Origin: Octopus bimaculoides
Taxonomy: Eukaryota
Direction of reading: 5' to 3'
Length of the DNA stretch: 50,404 nucleotides
Assembly: GCF_001194135.2 (NCBI RefSeq)
Contig: NC_069000.1
Span: 3,951,179 to 4,001,582, forward strand
In this document: positions 26,129 to 37,830 of the stretch, one piece after another
Numbering within the stretch: position 1 is the first letter of the stretch
Layout of the letters: each line of letters opens with the position of its first letter
The notes under the pieces: model-generated
What the model saw: only the letters and a program-made list of their open reading frames with translations
Told to the model about the DNA's origin: nothing
The model's database searches: none
Position numbers and translations under genes: made by a program

Positions 26129-26528
26129 NNNNNNNNNNNNNNNNNNNNNNNNNNNNNNNNNNNNNNNNNNNNNNNNNNNNNNNNNNNNNNNNNNNNNNNN
26201 NNNNNNNNNNNNNNNNNNNNNNNNNNNNNNNNNNNNNNNNNNNNNNNNNNNNNNNNNNNNNNNNNNNNNNNNNNNNNNNNNNNNNNNNNNNNNNNNNNNN
26301 NNNNNNNNNNNNNNNNNNNNNNNNNNNNNNNNNNNNNNNNNNNNNNNNNATATATATATATATACCAAGGGTTTCTTTCAGTTTCCGTCTACGGAGTCCA
26401 CTGACAAGGCTTTGGTTGGCCCGAGGCTATTATAGGAGATACTTTCCCAAGGTGTAACGCAGTGGGACTGAACCCAGGAGTCACGTGCTTGGGAAGCTAG
26501 CTACTTACAACACATTCACTCCTGCGCT
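25899..26528 (-). mobile_element. Full-length SINE family B with internal (CA)/(TA)n tract and gap
   Basis: Head at 26528 (cactcctgcgc), body ccgtctac...ccaaggtgtaacgcagtgggactgaaccc, tail gtttcagtcatttcactgcggccatgctggagcactgcctttagtcga. Confidence 0.9.
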
Positions 26529-27156
26529 TATGTGTATGTTTAATAGTAGGATGCTGCATTATACATTCGTGTTGTTGGTACACAACCTAGCGACATATAA
26601 AGTAATTTGGATGGGGGGTAAATAACAGCTTCGAAAGAAGAAGCAGCTCCTGTTGCATATTTGCATAGTCTGCACGCATTGATGATGATCTTTTCCTGAA
26701 AGCTAAAAGGCGCCATGTCATGTTATGAGATATTTTTAATATTCTAAATGTCTACTGCTGAGGAAGTAACGAATATTTTCAATTAATTATAATATAATTT
26801 TCTTGGCTTCTTCAAATTACTTCCTTTATACAAAATTCACACATGCGTATATGATCGTCTTTTTGAAATTTGAAATTCCTTACAACCATTTACAGTTTTG
26901 AATTTTTATACTTAATCATAATTCACAACTTATGTTTATTACCAAAATTCGCTCACATATATAAGTCACATATATGCTCCTCTATATTACGACGAATAGT
27001 CATACCTAATATTCGTGCCTCATCTGTTAAGCCTCAGAAACGCGAAAAGTAATTGCAATAACAATAAATATTTTAAAGATTATAATTCGTTGGGTGCGCA
27101 CAAAACCGCAACAATCCAAACAATAACACATCTCTTCATCACAGTACGCTCTGACG

Positions 27157-27579
27157 GATTCAAACACGAACATCTGATCGCTGTTGTTTTTCATCATCAG
27201 AGGACACTTCCTCGATTTTGACGATTTGTATTCATAACACATGCAGTTCGCCTGTCTAAGAGGACTTTGAGACATCGAGGTGTTTTAATCTTATTTTTGC
27301 CTCCTCAGTCATCAATGAATCTAAGAAGAGTACAGGGCCATGTTTACAGAACTCAACGAACATAGTATTTACTGATGGCTGTTGCCGTCTAAAGTTTAAG
27401 CAGAACCGGGAGAATCGTAACAATAAAGTATCTATTCGTTCTGAATACATTCCAGGAGATTTGAACGTGAATATGCTGATCGCTGTTGTTTTTCTTCATC
27501 GGAGAACACCTAGAACCTCTTGGTAATTTGTGTTCATAACATACGCGATTCCTTGACATAAAAGGACTTTAAGACAGCG
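27157..27579 (+). repeat. Diverged ~120-bp direct repeat, copies 27157-27277 and 27458-27579
   Basis: Identical 19-nt core ctgatcgctgttgtttttc; about 70-75% identity by manual alignment; 302-bp offset. Confidence 0.8.
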
Positions 27580-27799
27580 CGGTATTTTGACCTGTGAGTC
27601 TTTTCAGTTGAAACAATACAGGATCTTTTACCTAAACCTGAGTAATGACTTTTATTTATTGGGATCCGCAAGCAACATATTTGCTGATGCGAGATGACGT
27701 CAGCCGAAGAAATAACAGTTCGTAAATTGCAATTCTTAGAGAGAAACACTAACAGTAATCACGTGTCTATTCATTCTTAAGATGTTCTGGAAGAATAAT

Positions 27800-28004
27800 G
27801 CAGCGAACTGGCAGGATCGTTAGCGTGCCGCGAAAAAAGCTTAGCGGCATTTCGGTCATCCTTATCCTCTGAGTTCAAATTCCGACTTTGCCTTTCATTC
27901 TTTCGGGGTCGATAAATTAAGTACCAGTGAAACATCGGAGGTTGATGTAATCGACTCCACCCCTCCCCAAACCTTTGGCTTTGTGTCATAAATTGAAACC
28001 AGTA
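27800..28004 (+). mobile_element. SINE family A
   Basis: gcagcgaactggcaggatcgttagc...ctgagttcaaattccg...ctttcggggtcgataaattaagtaccag. Confidence 0.85.
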
Positions 28005-28360
28005 TGTTCTGGGAATCAAAGAGATAAACAAGATTGAAACACCGCAGAGCTTTGGAATCCCTTTGTCTGAAAGTATCGAATGATCTATAAACGGGTATCG
28101 TCCAAACGGAGATGTTCACTCAAAACGAAATGGAGCAGCGATAAGCATATCTACGTTCGCATCGACCAAAAAGTGTTAAGAATGAAGAGATATGTTATTG
28201 TCATTACATAGATTATCTATATAAAGATATAAGCCGCACAAAATTCCCTGCCATACTCATTGAATGTGCGAAGACGGAATTCGAAGTAACGGTGTAATAA
28301 TATTTAGCTTGAAATGACTATATAACAATATTGCTACTACACAGAGAGTTATCGTGCTTG

Positions 28361-28423
<63 letters not shown>

Positions 28424-29916
28424 NNNNNNNNNNNNNNNNNNNNNNNNNNNNNNNNNNNNNNNNNNNNNNNNNNNNNNNNNNNNNNNNNNNNNNNNNNNNN
28501 NNNNNNNNNNNNNNNNNNNNNNNNNNNNNNNNNNNNNNNNNNNNNNNNNNNNNNNNNNNNNNNNNNNNNNNNNNNNNNNNNNNNNNNNNNNNNNNNNNNN
28601 NNNNNNNNNNNNNNNNNNNNNNNNNNNNNNNNNNNNNNNNNNNNNNNNNNNNNNNNNNNNNNNNNNNNNNNNNNNNNNNNNNNNNNNNNNNNNNNNNNNN
28701 NNNNNNNNNNNNNNNNNNNNNNNNNNNNNNNNNNNNNNNNNNNNNNNNNNNNNNNNNNNNNNNNNNNNNNNNNNNNNNNNNNNNNNNNNNNNNNNNNNNN
28801 NNNNNNNNNNNNNNNNNNNNNNNNNNNNNNNNNNNNNNNNNNNNNNNNNNNNNNNNNNNNNNNNNNNNNNNNNNNNNNNNNNNNNNNNNNNNNNNNNNNN
28901 NNNNNNNNNNNNNNNNNNNNNNNNNNNNNNNNNNNNNNNNNNNNNNNNNNNNNNNNNNNNNNNNNNNNNNNNNNNNNNNNNNNNNNNNNNNNNNNNNNNN
29001 NNNNNNNNNNNNNNNNNNNNNNNNNNNNNNNNNNNNNNNNNNNNNNNNNNNNNNNNNNNNNNNNNNNNNNNNNNNNNNNNNNNNNNNNNNNNNNNNNTAT
29101 ATATGAGCGTTGTTTGTATGACTGTGTTGTGTGTGTATGTGTCTCTCTGTGTATGAGTGTTTATACGCACACACACACACATACAGACACACACACAAAT
29201 ATATATATATATATATATACACAGACACACATTATTTACACAAATATACATCCATTTATGATTGCATGTCATAGTCACTCTGTCTGTACTTCTATGCACA
29301 TTTGTCTATGCACATATTGAAATAATTTTTCACATGGCTTCCCCACTCGAATGATGGAAGACATCCTATGATTCACCAGTGATACGTATAAGCTCTGATA
29401 GCTTGTGATGCGATGCATAAAGCCACAGCTTAATTGAAACAAATTGTTCCAACTTTATCTTATTAATTAAATTTCAGCCGAAGAGGAAGAGATATAGCAA
29501 TGTATGTATGTGTGTGTGTGCGCGTTACGATAGGCAGTTCCAACATTGGTAAGCCACAATGTGTCTGGCATTGTTAATTACATCAGTATGTTAGTTCCTG
29601 ATTCCCAACACCTTCCGCCTCCTCTCTTCAACATACCCCTCACTTTCTTTTTCTTCCGCCCTACCCTCTCTCTCTCTATCTATTTATGCATTTGTCTATT
29701 TATCTATCTATCTATTTATCTATCTACCTATCTATCTGAGAACCAAGCAAATGTACTTACGGGTATTTAAATTGCATAAATCTACCTCAAATAATCGTGA
29801 TTCGCCAATTCCAACGTTGATATCCATGTAACGTTCTCAATAGAACCGAATTCTGTCCCAGACTTATGCAGAACAAGCAGATTTTATGTTTGTGTGTGTG
29901 TGTGTCCGTGTGTGTC

Positions 29917-29957
<41 letters not shown>

Positions 29958-30037
29958 GTATGTATATATGTACTACGTACGTACATACGTACGTATGTAT
30001 GTATGTATGTATGTATGTATGTATTGATGCCAATTCA

Positions 30038-30376
30038 AAAGTTTTCCAGTCTCTTATTCGTGAACTCCTTTATGCAGATGTCTGTGATTTAGTCACTCAT
30101 ACAGTGGATGACATGGAAATAATTATGAATCGTATTTCTGCTTCTTGCAAAGCATTTAGACTCAGCATTAGCCTGAAGAAGACAGTTGTAATGTTCCAGC
30201 CCGCACCAGGAAATCCATATTTGGATCCCGCTATCTTGGTTGAAGGAAAAAATCTGAAAGTGGTAGATAAGTTTGTCTACCTGGGCAACACACTCAGCCG
30301 TTCTTGCTCCCTACAGAACGAAGTATCTTTCAGGGTGCAGAGAGCAACTGATTCCTTCCGTTCTCTGCAATCTCGC
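30038..30376 (+). mobile_element. RTE-clade non-LTR retrotransposon reverse transcriptase fragment, decayed
   Basis: LIRELLYADVCDLVTHT...AFRLSISLKKTVVMFQPAPGNPY...VVDKFVYLGNTLSR matches the RTE RT pattern IRELLFADD...GLTISLKKT...FTYLGS; catalytic YADD is mutated to YADV. Confidence 0.92.
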
Positions 30377-30384
30377 CCTTGTCT

Positions 30385-30540
30385 TTGTGTTTTTTTTTCC
30401 ACTTCCATCGCTTGATAAGCGCTTTTGTTTTGTTTCTGTTCTTATGACCTAACGGTTCGACAACACAATCACTGAGGTCAACTTGATCGACTGAAACCGT
30501 CAAGGCGGTGCCCCAGCATGACCGCTGTAAAAGTAATAGA
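30385..30540 (+). mobile_element. SINE family B 3' portion
   Basis: ccatcgcttgat...cggttcg...gaggtcaacttgatcgactgaaaccgtcaaggcggtgccccagcatgaccgc. Confidence 0.7.
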
Positions 30541-31015
30541 CACACATAAACACATACACACACAAACACACATAAACACACATACACACACATATTCAAA
30601 CTCATGCTCACACATTCAAATATGTTTGCGGGAGTATATATGCGTACATACCTGTTTATATACATATATACATGTATATATGTGTATATATGTGTTTGCG
30701 AGTGTATGCGTTTCTCTGTTACGCACTATTAACTATTACACATATCTGAACGCTAATTCATGGTGGAAAGATAACAGGACGGCTAAGGTTAATTCTTGTT
30801 GACAATATTGAATGAAAATGTGATAACTGACAACGTTAATACAAGTTTCAACCTGTCAGAGTGTACGTAATAATAAATAGTATTGTTAGCTGGTTAGATG
30901 GTCGGTCGGCTTGTCAGCTGGCTGGCTGGTTTCTTGGCTGGTTGTTTAGATGGATGGATGGATGGATGGATGGATGGATGGAACTGAGCAGGTAGAATTA
31001 GAATGATGGCCGAGA

Positions 31016-31074
<59 letters not shown>

Positions 31075-31076
31075 CA

Positions 31077-31250
31077 GGACCAAGTACTGCAAATGCCTGG
31101 GATTCAAAGGCCCACACAGCTCTTCAACGCCCTGCCACAAAAATTAAGAAATCTGCATAAAGTTGAAGTAAATGTCATCAAAAAGAAACTAGACATCCTC
31201 TTCTCCGCAATACAAGATGAACAAACAGCCCGGCATGAAGTACAGACGAA
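31077..31250 (+). mobile_element. CR1/L2-like LINE ORF2 C-terminal fragment, frameshifted
   Basis: TKYCKCLGFKGP then a 2-nt insertion then QLFNALPQKLRNLHKVEVNVIKKKLDILFSAIQDEQ; fits the GP-LFN-LP...FK-KLD-FL--IPDEP C-terminal motif of CR1/L2-group ORF2. Confidence 0.75.
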
Positions 31251-31252
31251 AT

Positions 31253-31622
31253 TTATTCTATAAAATTGCCATTGGCTTCAACCATGGCCTCCAGACGATT
31301 TCAGAATCTCCTGCAACTCTTCTGGACAGTCTCCTTGTTTAAGTTGGTAGATGCTGCCATAACCCTTGCCGTCAGTTCCTCTTTGGTGTTACAAAGTTTT
31401 GTCGGTCTCTCGCTCAAGTGAGGCCCACACAAAATAATCAAAGGGGCTGCATTCTGGGGAATTAGGTGGTCAGATGTATGAGGTGATGTAGTCAAAGAAA
31501 TTGTCTGACTGCCCTAACTGGGTTCTCCTGCTTGTGTGGCATGGTGCAGAGTCCTGTTGCCAGACACAGGGTCTTCCAGCAGCCACCCTATTGACCCAGG
31601 GCAGCACTGCCTTTTTCAGGTA
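31253..31622 (-). mobile_element. Tc1/mariner (maT/DD37D-like) transposase C-terminal pseudogene
   Basis: YLKKAVLPWVNRVAAGRPCVWQQDSAPCHTSRRTQ...YI*PPNSPECSPFDYFVWASLERET / frameshift / CNTKEELTARVMAA...CRRF*NRLEAMVEANGNFIE*; QQDSAPCH and WPPNSPD motifs; two stops and one frameshift. Confidence 0.92.
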
Positions 31623-33482
31623 GAAGAGGTCGAACCCGGCACCAGAGTGAGTTAAAAGAGGAAACAAGAACAATGTGGAAGGTATGCTTTAAATGAATGT
31701 AATCTTATGAATGTAATATGTAGTTGTTGCTTGGAAAGTATATATAAGCAAGGGAATGAAATAGAGACAANNNNNNNNNNNNNNNNNNNNNNNNNNNNNN
31801 NNNNNNNNNNNNNNNNNNNNNNNNNNNNNNNNNNNNNNNNNNNNNNNNNNNNNNNNNNNNNNNNNNNNNNNNNNNNNNNNNNNNNNNNNNNNNNNNNNNN
31901 NNNNNNNNNNNNNNNNNNNNNNNNNNNNNNNNNNNNNNNNNNNNNNNNNNNNNNNNNNNNNNNNNNNNNNNNNNNNNNNNNNNNNNNNNNNNNNNNNNNN
32001 NNNNNNNNNNNNNNNNNNNNNNNNNNNNNNNNNNNNNNNNNNNNNNNNNNNNNNNNNNNNNNNNNNNNNNNNNNNNNNNNNNNNNNNNNNNNNNNNNNNN
32101 NNNNNNNNNNNNNNNNNNNNNNNNNNNNNNNNNGTGTGTGTGTGTGTGTGTGTGTGTGCGTGCGCGTGTGAATGTGTGTGTTCAGGTGTGCACGCGTAAG
32201 CTGATGGAATCTTTCCAGTCTAAATTGCTAGGGGGCTGGATATATGGCGAGATGAGTGGATATGAGGATAGTTTTAGTAAAACTTCGCTTCAACCATTAA
32301 ATTGAATTTCAGCCGTTTAATAATAATCCCTAACAGAACAATCATGCTTGTTTATTTGTTTTTGTTGTTGTTGTTGTTTTTATTTTCGTTGCTTGAAATT
32401 AGATTTATTACTTCATCAGATTAATTGCGCCATTAATCTCTGATGTAATGATGAAATTTATTAGATTCCTTCACTGAATATATTAATGACGGTTTATATA
32501 ATAACCTTATTAATATAATCAGCATTTCAACTACAACTCAAAAACTATATGTGTTTACCTGTATATGTATACATTATACCTACACTCACATAGATATCAT
32601 TAAATCTGTGTACATATAGAGTCACACACACACGTATACGTCTCTGTCTCTCTCTCCATATATATATATATATAATCTCTATAAATATATATGTTTATTT
32701 GTATATGCGTTTATGTACGCATATATATATATACGTATACATATATTTAATCATGCGTACGAATACGTATCTGTGTATGTAAAATACACAAGTTATTTGC
32801 GTATTATATATACATATATATATATATACATGCATATGTATTATACATTATACGTAGGCGCGCGCACACACATATATGTATGTGTGTGTATGTGTGTGTG
32901 TGTGTGTGCGTGTGTGTGTGTGTATGTGTGTATAATGGCTGCTGGAGTATACACTTAATATAATGTAAAAACAAGAGAACAACAAATATATGCTAGAAAT
33001 GTTTCCGTTATCCTATTGGAATATTTAAAAAGCTAATCTAAAATCTATGTCTTTCTATCGCTATTGCATTATACGTCAACCTTTCGCTTTATGGAGCAAT
33101 AGAAATACATTTATTGCGCTAATTTATAACAGTAATTAAAGTAGCTACCCGGGAATCATGTAGATTGTGTCTCAGGGATTCACTACACCGCCCTCTGCTC
33201 GGGAACTTCCTTTCATAAATATGTTAATCCTATTATGAAATGAACGAACGTGGAGAGGTTGCAGAATTGTTAATGTGTTAACAAAATGACTAACGGCTTT
33301 TCTTCTGGGTTTTACGTTCACGTTTCAAATTCTGTTACGGTCGACTTTTGCTTTTCGTCCATTCGTTTTCGAAAAAAAAAATTTCCCGTTGAACCTTCGG
33401 ATCGATGAAAATGGTTAGCCACCTTCCACGAAATACTGAGGCCGTCTCCTTAATTGAAGACAGAAAAAAACTAAAAGGATTA

Positions 33483-33627
33483 GAAGTTCGCCATTACCTT
33501 CTACGGGAGCCGCGTGGAGCTTAGGTGTTTCGTTCATAAACATACAAATCACCCGGTCTGAGATTCGAACCCGCAATCCCTTGACTGCAAATCCGCTGTG
33601 CTAACAAATAGGCCATGTGCCTCCACA
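33483..33627 (-). mobile_element. tRNA-derived SINE head with clear Pol III boxes (C-like family)
   Basis: Minus strand TGTGGAGGCACATGGCCTATTTGTTAGCACAGCGG...GCGGGTTCGAATCTCAGACCGGG...GAAACACCTAAGCTCCACGCGG; B box at 33560-33571. Confidence 0.8.
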
Positions 33628-33662
33628 ATTCTGTTGATTTAGTGGTAACACTTTCTCAATCA

Positions 33663-34064
33663 AAGGCGGTGAGCTGGCAGAATCGTTAGCACGCTGGACG
33701 AAATGCTTAGCGGTATTTCGTCTGTCGTTACGTTCTGAGTTCAAATTCCGCTGAGGTCGACTTTGCCTTTCATCCTTTCGGGGTCGATAAATTAGGTACC
33801 AGTTGCGTACTGGGGTCGATATAATCGACTTAATCCCTTTGCCTGTCCTTGTTTGTCCCCTCTATATTTAGCCCCTTGTGGGCAATAAAGAAATAAGAAA
33901 CGTTAGCACGCCGGGCGAAATGCTTAGCGGTATTTCGTCTGTCTTTATGTTCTGAGTTCAAATTCCGCCGACGTCGTCTTTGCCTGTCATCCTTTCGAGG
34001 TCGATAAATTAAATACCAGTTGCGTACTGGGGTCGATATAAAAAAAATTCTGGCCTTGTGCCTA
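33663..34064 (+). mobile_element. Young SINE A head-to-tail dimer
   Basis: Unit 1 33663-33896 with long tail (...cttgtgggcaataaagaaataa); unit 2 33897-34064 lacks the first ~16 nt and ends in the short tail (tggccttgtgccta). Confidence 0.92.
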
Positions 34065-34605
34065 CTTATTTTATCTCTAACCCTTTCACTGCAAAATTAA
34101 TATCATGGTTATTCCGGTAATGGAATTACATATCTACGGAAAATTTAAATTACAAATATTCACAAATCACGTTGTCTGAATAATCTTGACATGTCTCACC
34201 AAAAACACTTTCAAACATGACATTCCTCGACAGAGCATGTAATACTCTCTAAAATACATCTCTCGTTTAGAATAATGAAATTTTGAGTGGATATAAGGAT
34301 GTGTCTGCTTTCTGTAATAAACAGGTTAATAGATATGAACAATTTTCATATATATAAGCAAAAATACTTTATGCAATGAAGACGTTATGCTATTCAAATA
34401 ATATTTATACTTATGTAAATGCAAATGTTTTGGATAAATGAAAATTATGGAAATACATATTTGTATTAAAACGGTCATTCTCGCCTTAACACGCAACTAA
34501 TATTTCGTTCTACCAACAACGATTTAAAGAACAAAACTACCGAAATGGTAAGCTACTAAAACGATAGATAAACAGACAGACAGACAGATAGATAAACAGA
34601 CAGGC

Positions 34606-34648
<43 letters not shown>

Positions 34649-35077
34649 CAGATATGTATCCACAGCCAGCCAGTGTGTGCATACGCCAGTGTATGTTGGC
34701 AGCCACACATTTTGCTGAAACTACGCAGCACTTTTCATAATGTTTTCTGATCGAATGGCATATTAAATGCATTTATGCGTCATGGAATAAACACAGATTT
34801 GAATAACACTGAATCTAAATATGCGAACGATCGTCTCGAACATGGCAATCCCATCGACGAGTTGTTGTTGGAATTGTTGAAAAGCAATTTGGTATCGTAT
34901 GATTGGTTATTTGTCCTTCATTGCTTCGACAGCTTCCCGACACATTTCTCTTTCTTGTTGTCTCTCGTAGATCCCAACGTTGTAGTCTTAACTCTGCACA
35001 ACCTTCGTAATAAACGCCAGCGAGCGTGACAAACGATATTTAGTGTCACAAACTAACGGCAGATAAACAAGCTGTTG

Positions 35078-35566
35078 TTATTCTTGTTGTTGTCGTCGAC
35101 GTAATTTGTTAGTGGTGATAGTGGTGATGCTGTTGGTGGCGGCGGTTGTTGTCATTCTTGCTGTTATTATTGGTGGTGGGGGGGCAGTGGTGGTGGTGTT
35201 GGTGTTGGTGTTGGTGGTTGCGGCGGTGGCGGTGGTGGTGTCTGCAGTGGTGACGGTGGTGGTTGTCGTCGTCGTCGTGATGGTAGTGATAATGGTGGTA
35301 GCGGTGGTGGCGGTGGTGGTGGTGGTCATCGTAGTGATGATGGTGGTCGTGGCTGGGTCGTGGTGGTCGTTGAGGTGGTAATGATAGTGGTGTTGTTACT
35401 GTTGTTGTTGCTGATGGTGGTGGCGGTGGTATTGCGGTGGTATGGTGGTGGTGGTCGTCGTCGTCATCGTCGTTGTGGTCGTGGTTGGTCGTAGAGGTCA
35501 TGGTTGGGTCGTGGGTCGTTGAGGTGGTAATGATAGTGTTGTTGTTGTTATTGTTGTTGTTGCTGC

Positions 35567-35597
<31 letters not shown>

Positions 35598-35620
35598 GGT
35601 GGTGGTGATGGTAGTGGTGT
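35078..35620. repeat. (GGT)/(GTC)/(GTT) trinucleotide mosaic with an internal ~70-bp duplication
   Basis: Direct; duplicated block at 35345-35413 and 35496-35565. Confidence 0.9.
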
Positions 35621-36284
35621 AGCTTGTGTGGACGATGAAATTATAATCCATCCCTTTTCTCACTATGTTCTTCCTTACAGTTTCCTTCTACAAAGTTACA
35701 CTCAAAAGATTTGAACCCTAGAAATTTGTAAAAAGAAACTTACTGAAGATGCTACACCGTTCAATCGAACCAAGTTAATCGCGATTATCAGTCGAACATT
35801 TTAAATTTTCGTCCATATCGCATCCAACGAAACCGGCAGAGATACTTAATATTTTGATAGTACTGCGTAGCTAAGATAAATAAGCTTGTTTATGCAGAAT
35901 TCTGCAGCATAAATATACTCCAAACATCACCACTAATTGCATAAAGATTGAGCAATATATTTGCAAATGGCTGGTGTCGACAAATTCTGTAAATGTAATA
36001 ATATATCATTCTTATTAATTGCATCTTCTCTTAGTCTTAATTCTAAAACACATGTTGTCGTTAAAACAGAAAAAAAGGAGCTTGGGGCGCCGCCAATATA
36101 CGATCAGTGAGCGGAGCTCACCAAGAAGTAATTATTGTAGATAGTGACAAAGTAATACTATTTAGAAAGAAATGAATCTTTTCAAATAAACTTAACTTCA
36201 ACACCATCTTGGCTTTGGTTTTGTCGTGATCCACACTTTACAGAAAACAAGGGCATATATGAGTAGGCAGGCAAATACATATGC

Positions 36285-36322
<38 letters not shown>

Positions 36323-37040
36323 NNNNNNNNNNNNNNNNNNNNNNNNNNNNNNNNNNNNNNNNNNNNNNNNNNNNNNNNNNNNNNNNNNNNNNNNNNNNNN
36401 NNNNNNNNNNNNNNNNNNNNNNNNNNNNNNNNNNNNNNNNNNNNNNNNNNNNNNNNNNNNNNNNNNNNNNNNNNNNNNNNNNNNNNNNNNNNNNNNNNNN
36501 NNNTATATACATATATAAATATATATATATATATAGACAAATATACGGACATATATAAACATACATATAAATATACACTTAAATTCTTGCATACAAATAT
36601 GTATGCATATATGTGTGTGCGCGTGTATAAATTGCATGTGTGAATGTGCGTGTTTGTGTGTGTGTAATAATGAGAAAGTGACGTTGGTAAATGGAACATC
36701 TTTCACACAAACAACATTCTGGAATGATTGACCAATTCTGTCGAGATAGAAAACGGCATGTTGGCATCTAATCATGCTTTGCTCTTCGAAATTCTTTAAC
36801 TAATTTCATATTTCGTATTAAGTTGGAAAATAAGTTTGCCAATTATCACAGAAGTGATGTGAGATCATCTGTTTTGCGATCCATATTTACTACACAAAGC
36901 ACAAAGCTTCGAAGCGATTCTGTAGAGATAATGAGATTATTGTAGACTGAATTACTGGTTAAACATAAAGACGTGTTGACCAGTTAAGTTTTATATGTGA
37001 TTGCAGATCGTCTACATTACGAATGGATGGCGGGGCCACA

Positions 37041-37226
37041 ATGAAGTCTTCAGCTGCTTCAGTTCTCATTTTGGTTTTTGTTGCTGTTATTGTCGTCACC
37101 AACACTGAGCCAGATCGAACTACAATGGAATCACCTCTTGCTTATGACATTCCAAATGTGATGACATATTTCTTTCTTTTTAGTTTCAGTGAATCTAAAA
37201 CTACAATGAGGTATTCCATTCTATAA
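37041..37226 (+). CDS. Candidate first coding exon or small ORF with a signal peptide
   Basis: Upstream acceptor gattgcAG at 37005-6; Kozak-like gccacaATGa; MKSSAASVLILVFVAVIVVTNT-EPDRTTMESPLAYDIPN; the real donor is uncertain (37158, 37189, 37211 or 37231). Confidence 0.35.
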   Translation: MKSSAASVLILVFVAVIVVTNTEPDRTTMESPLAYDIPNVMTYFFLFSFSESKTTMRYSIL

Positions 37227-37494
37227 GCTGGTAAGGTGTTAAATCTAGGAAGATTTAGCTGCTGTTTCTAGTCGATTACTCAACTGCCTAGATACTAAGT
37301 TATTGGCTTACTTTATTAAAACCGTCTGGGATAAACGACAAATTAACGATTAACGAGAATATACTGTTGCTATATAAAACCAGTTACATTACAAATTGTC
37401 ACTCATACAGTTTACGACAGAACAGATTTTTGTCCAGGACAGATTATTGATAAATTATATTGGAGGTAAAAATGGAAAAGACTCGTGGATAATA

Positions 37495-37830
37495 TAGTCC
37501 TAGAAACATTGGATCTTGATATAGAAATGATACATCGATTAAAGTAATCCAACATACACCATGTGACCATGAAGAAAGGGTGCTTCAGATAAGGTAGCCG
37601 TAGACACATTGTCTCGTAGCATAGAACAGATACATTGAAATGTAGTCCTAGATAAACTATGAATAATGAAGAACAATTACTTCGGATACCGGACTTCTAG
37701 ATACATGGAATTTTAATACGGAACGTATACATTGAATAATGTAGTCCTAGATACACTATGTCTGAATAAAGAAAGTGTACATCGGAATATGTAATCCAAG
37801 ATGTATTTGTCTTAATGAAGAAAGTGCAGA
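37495..37830. repeat. Degenerate ~49-50 bp minisatellite, about 7 units
   Basis: Units start near 37495, 37544, 37594, 37642, 37690, 37741, 37791; recurring gtagtcctagata and gaagaaag...tacat. Confidence 0.75.

Noticed and set aside
27355-27485. RNase H-like motifs IVFTDGCC and SEYIPGDLNV
   Set aside because: The motifs are only ~20 aa apart versus ~100 in RNase H, and the middle catalytic residues are absent
33483-33627. tRNA gene (also 12509 and 45857)
   Set aside because: A and B boxes are present but I could not form a complete cloverleaf, and each continues into SINE body sequence
35078-35663. Poly-His, poly-Thr and poly-Val ORFs
   Set aside because: All frames are translations of a trinucleotide mosaic; no splice or compositional support
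37495-37830. Regularly spaced repeat as a possible CRISPR array
   Set aside because: No conserved repeat with unique spacers, whole units are homologous, eukaryotic context, no cas genes
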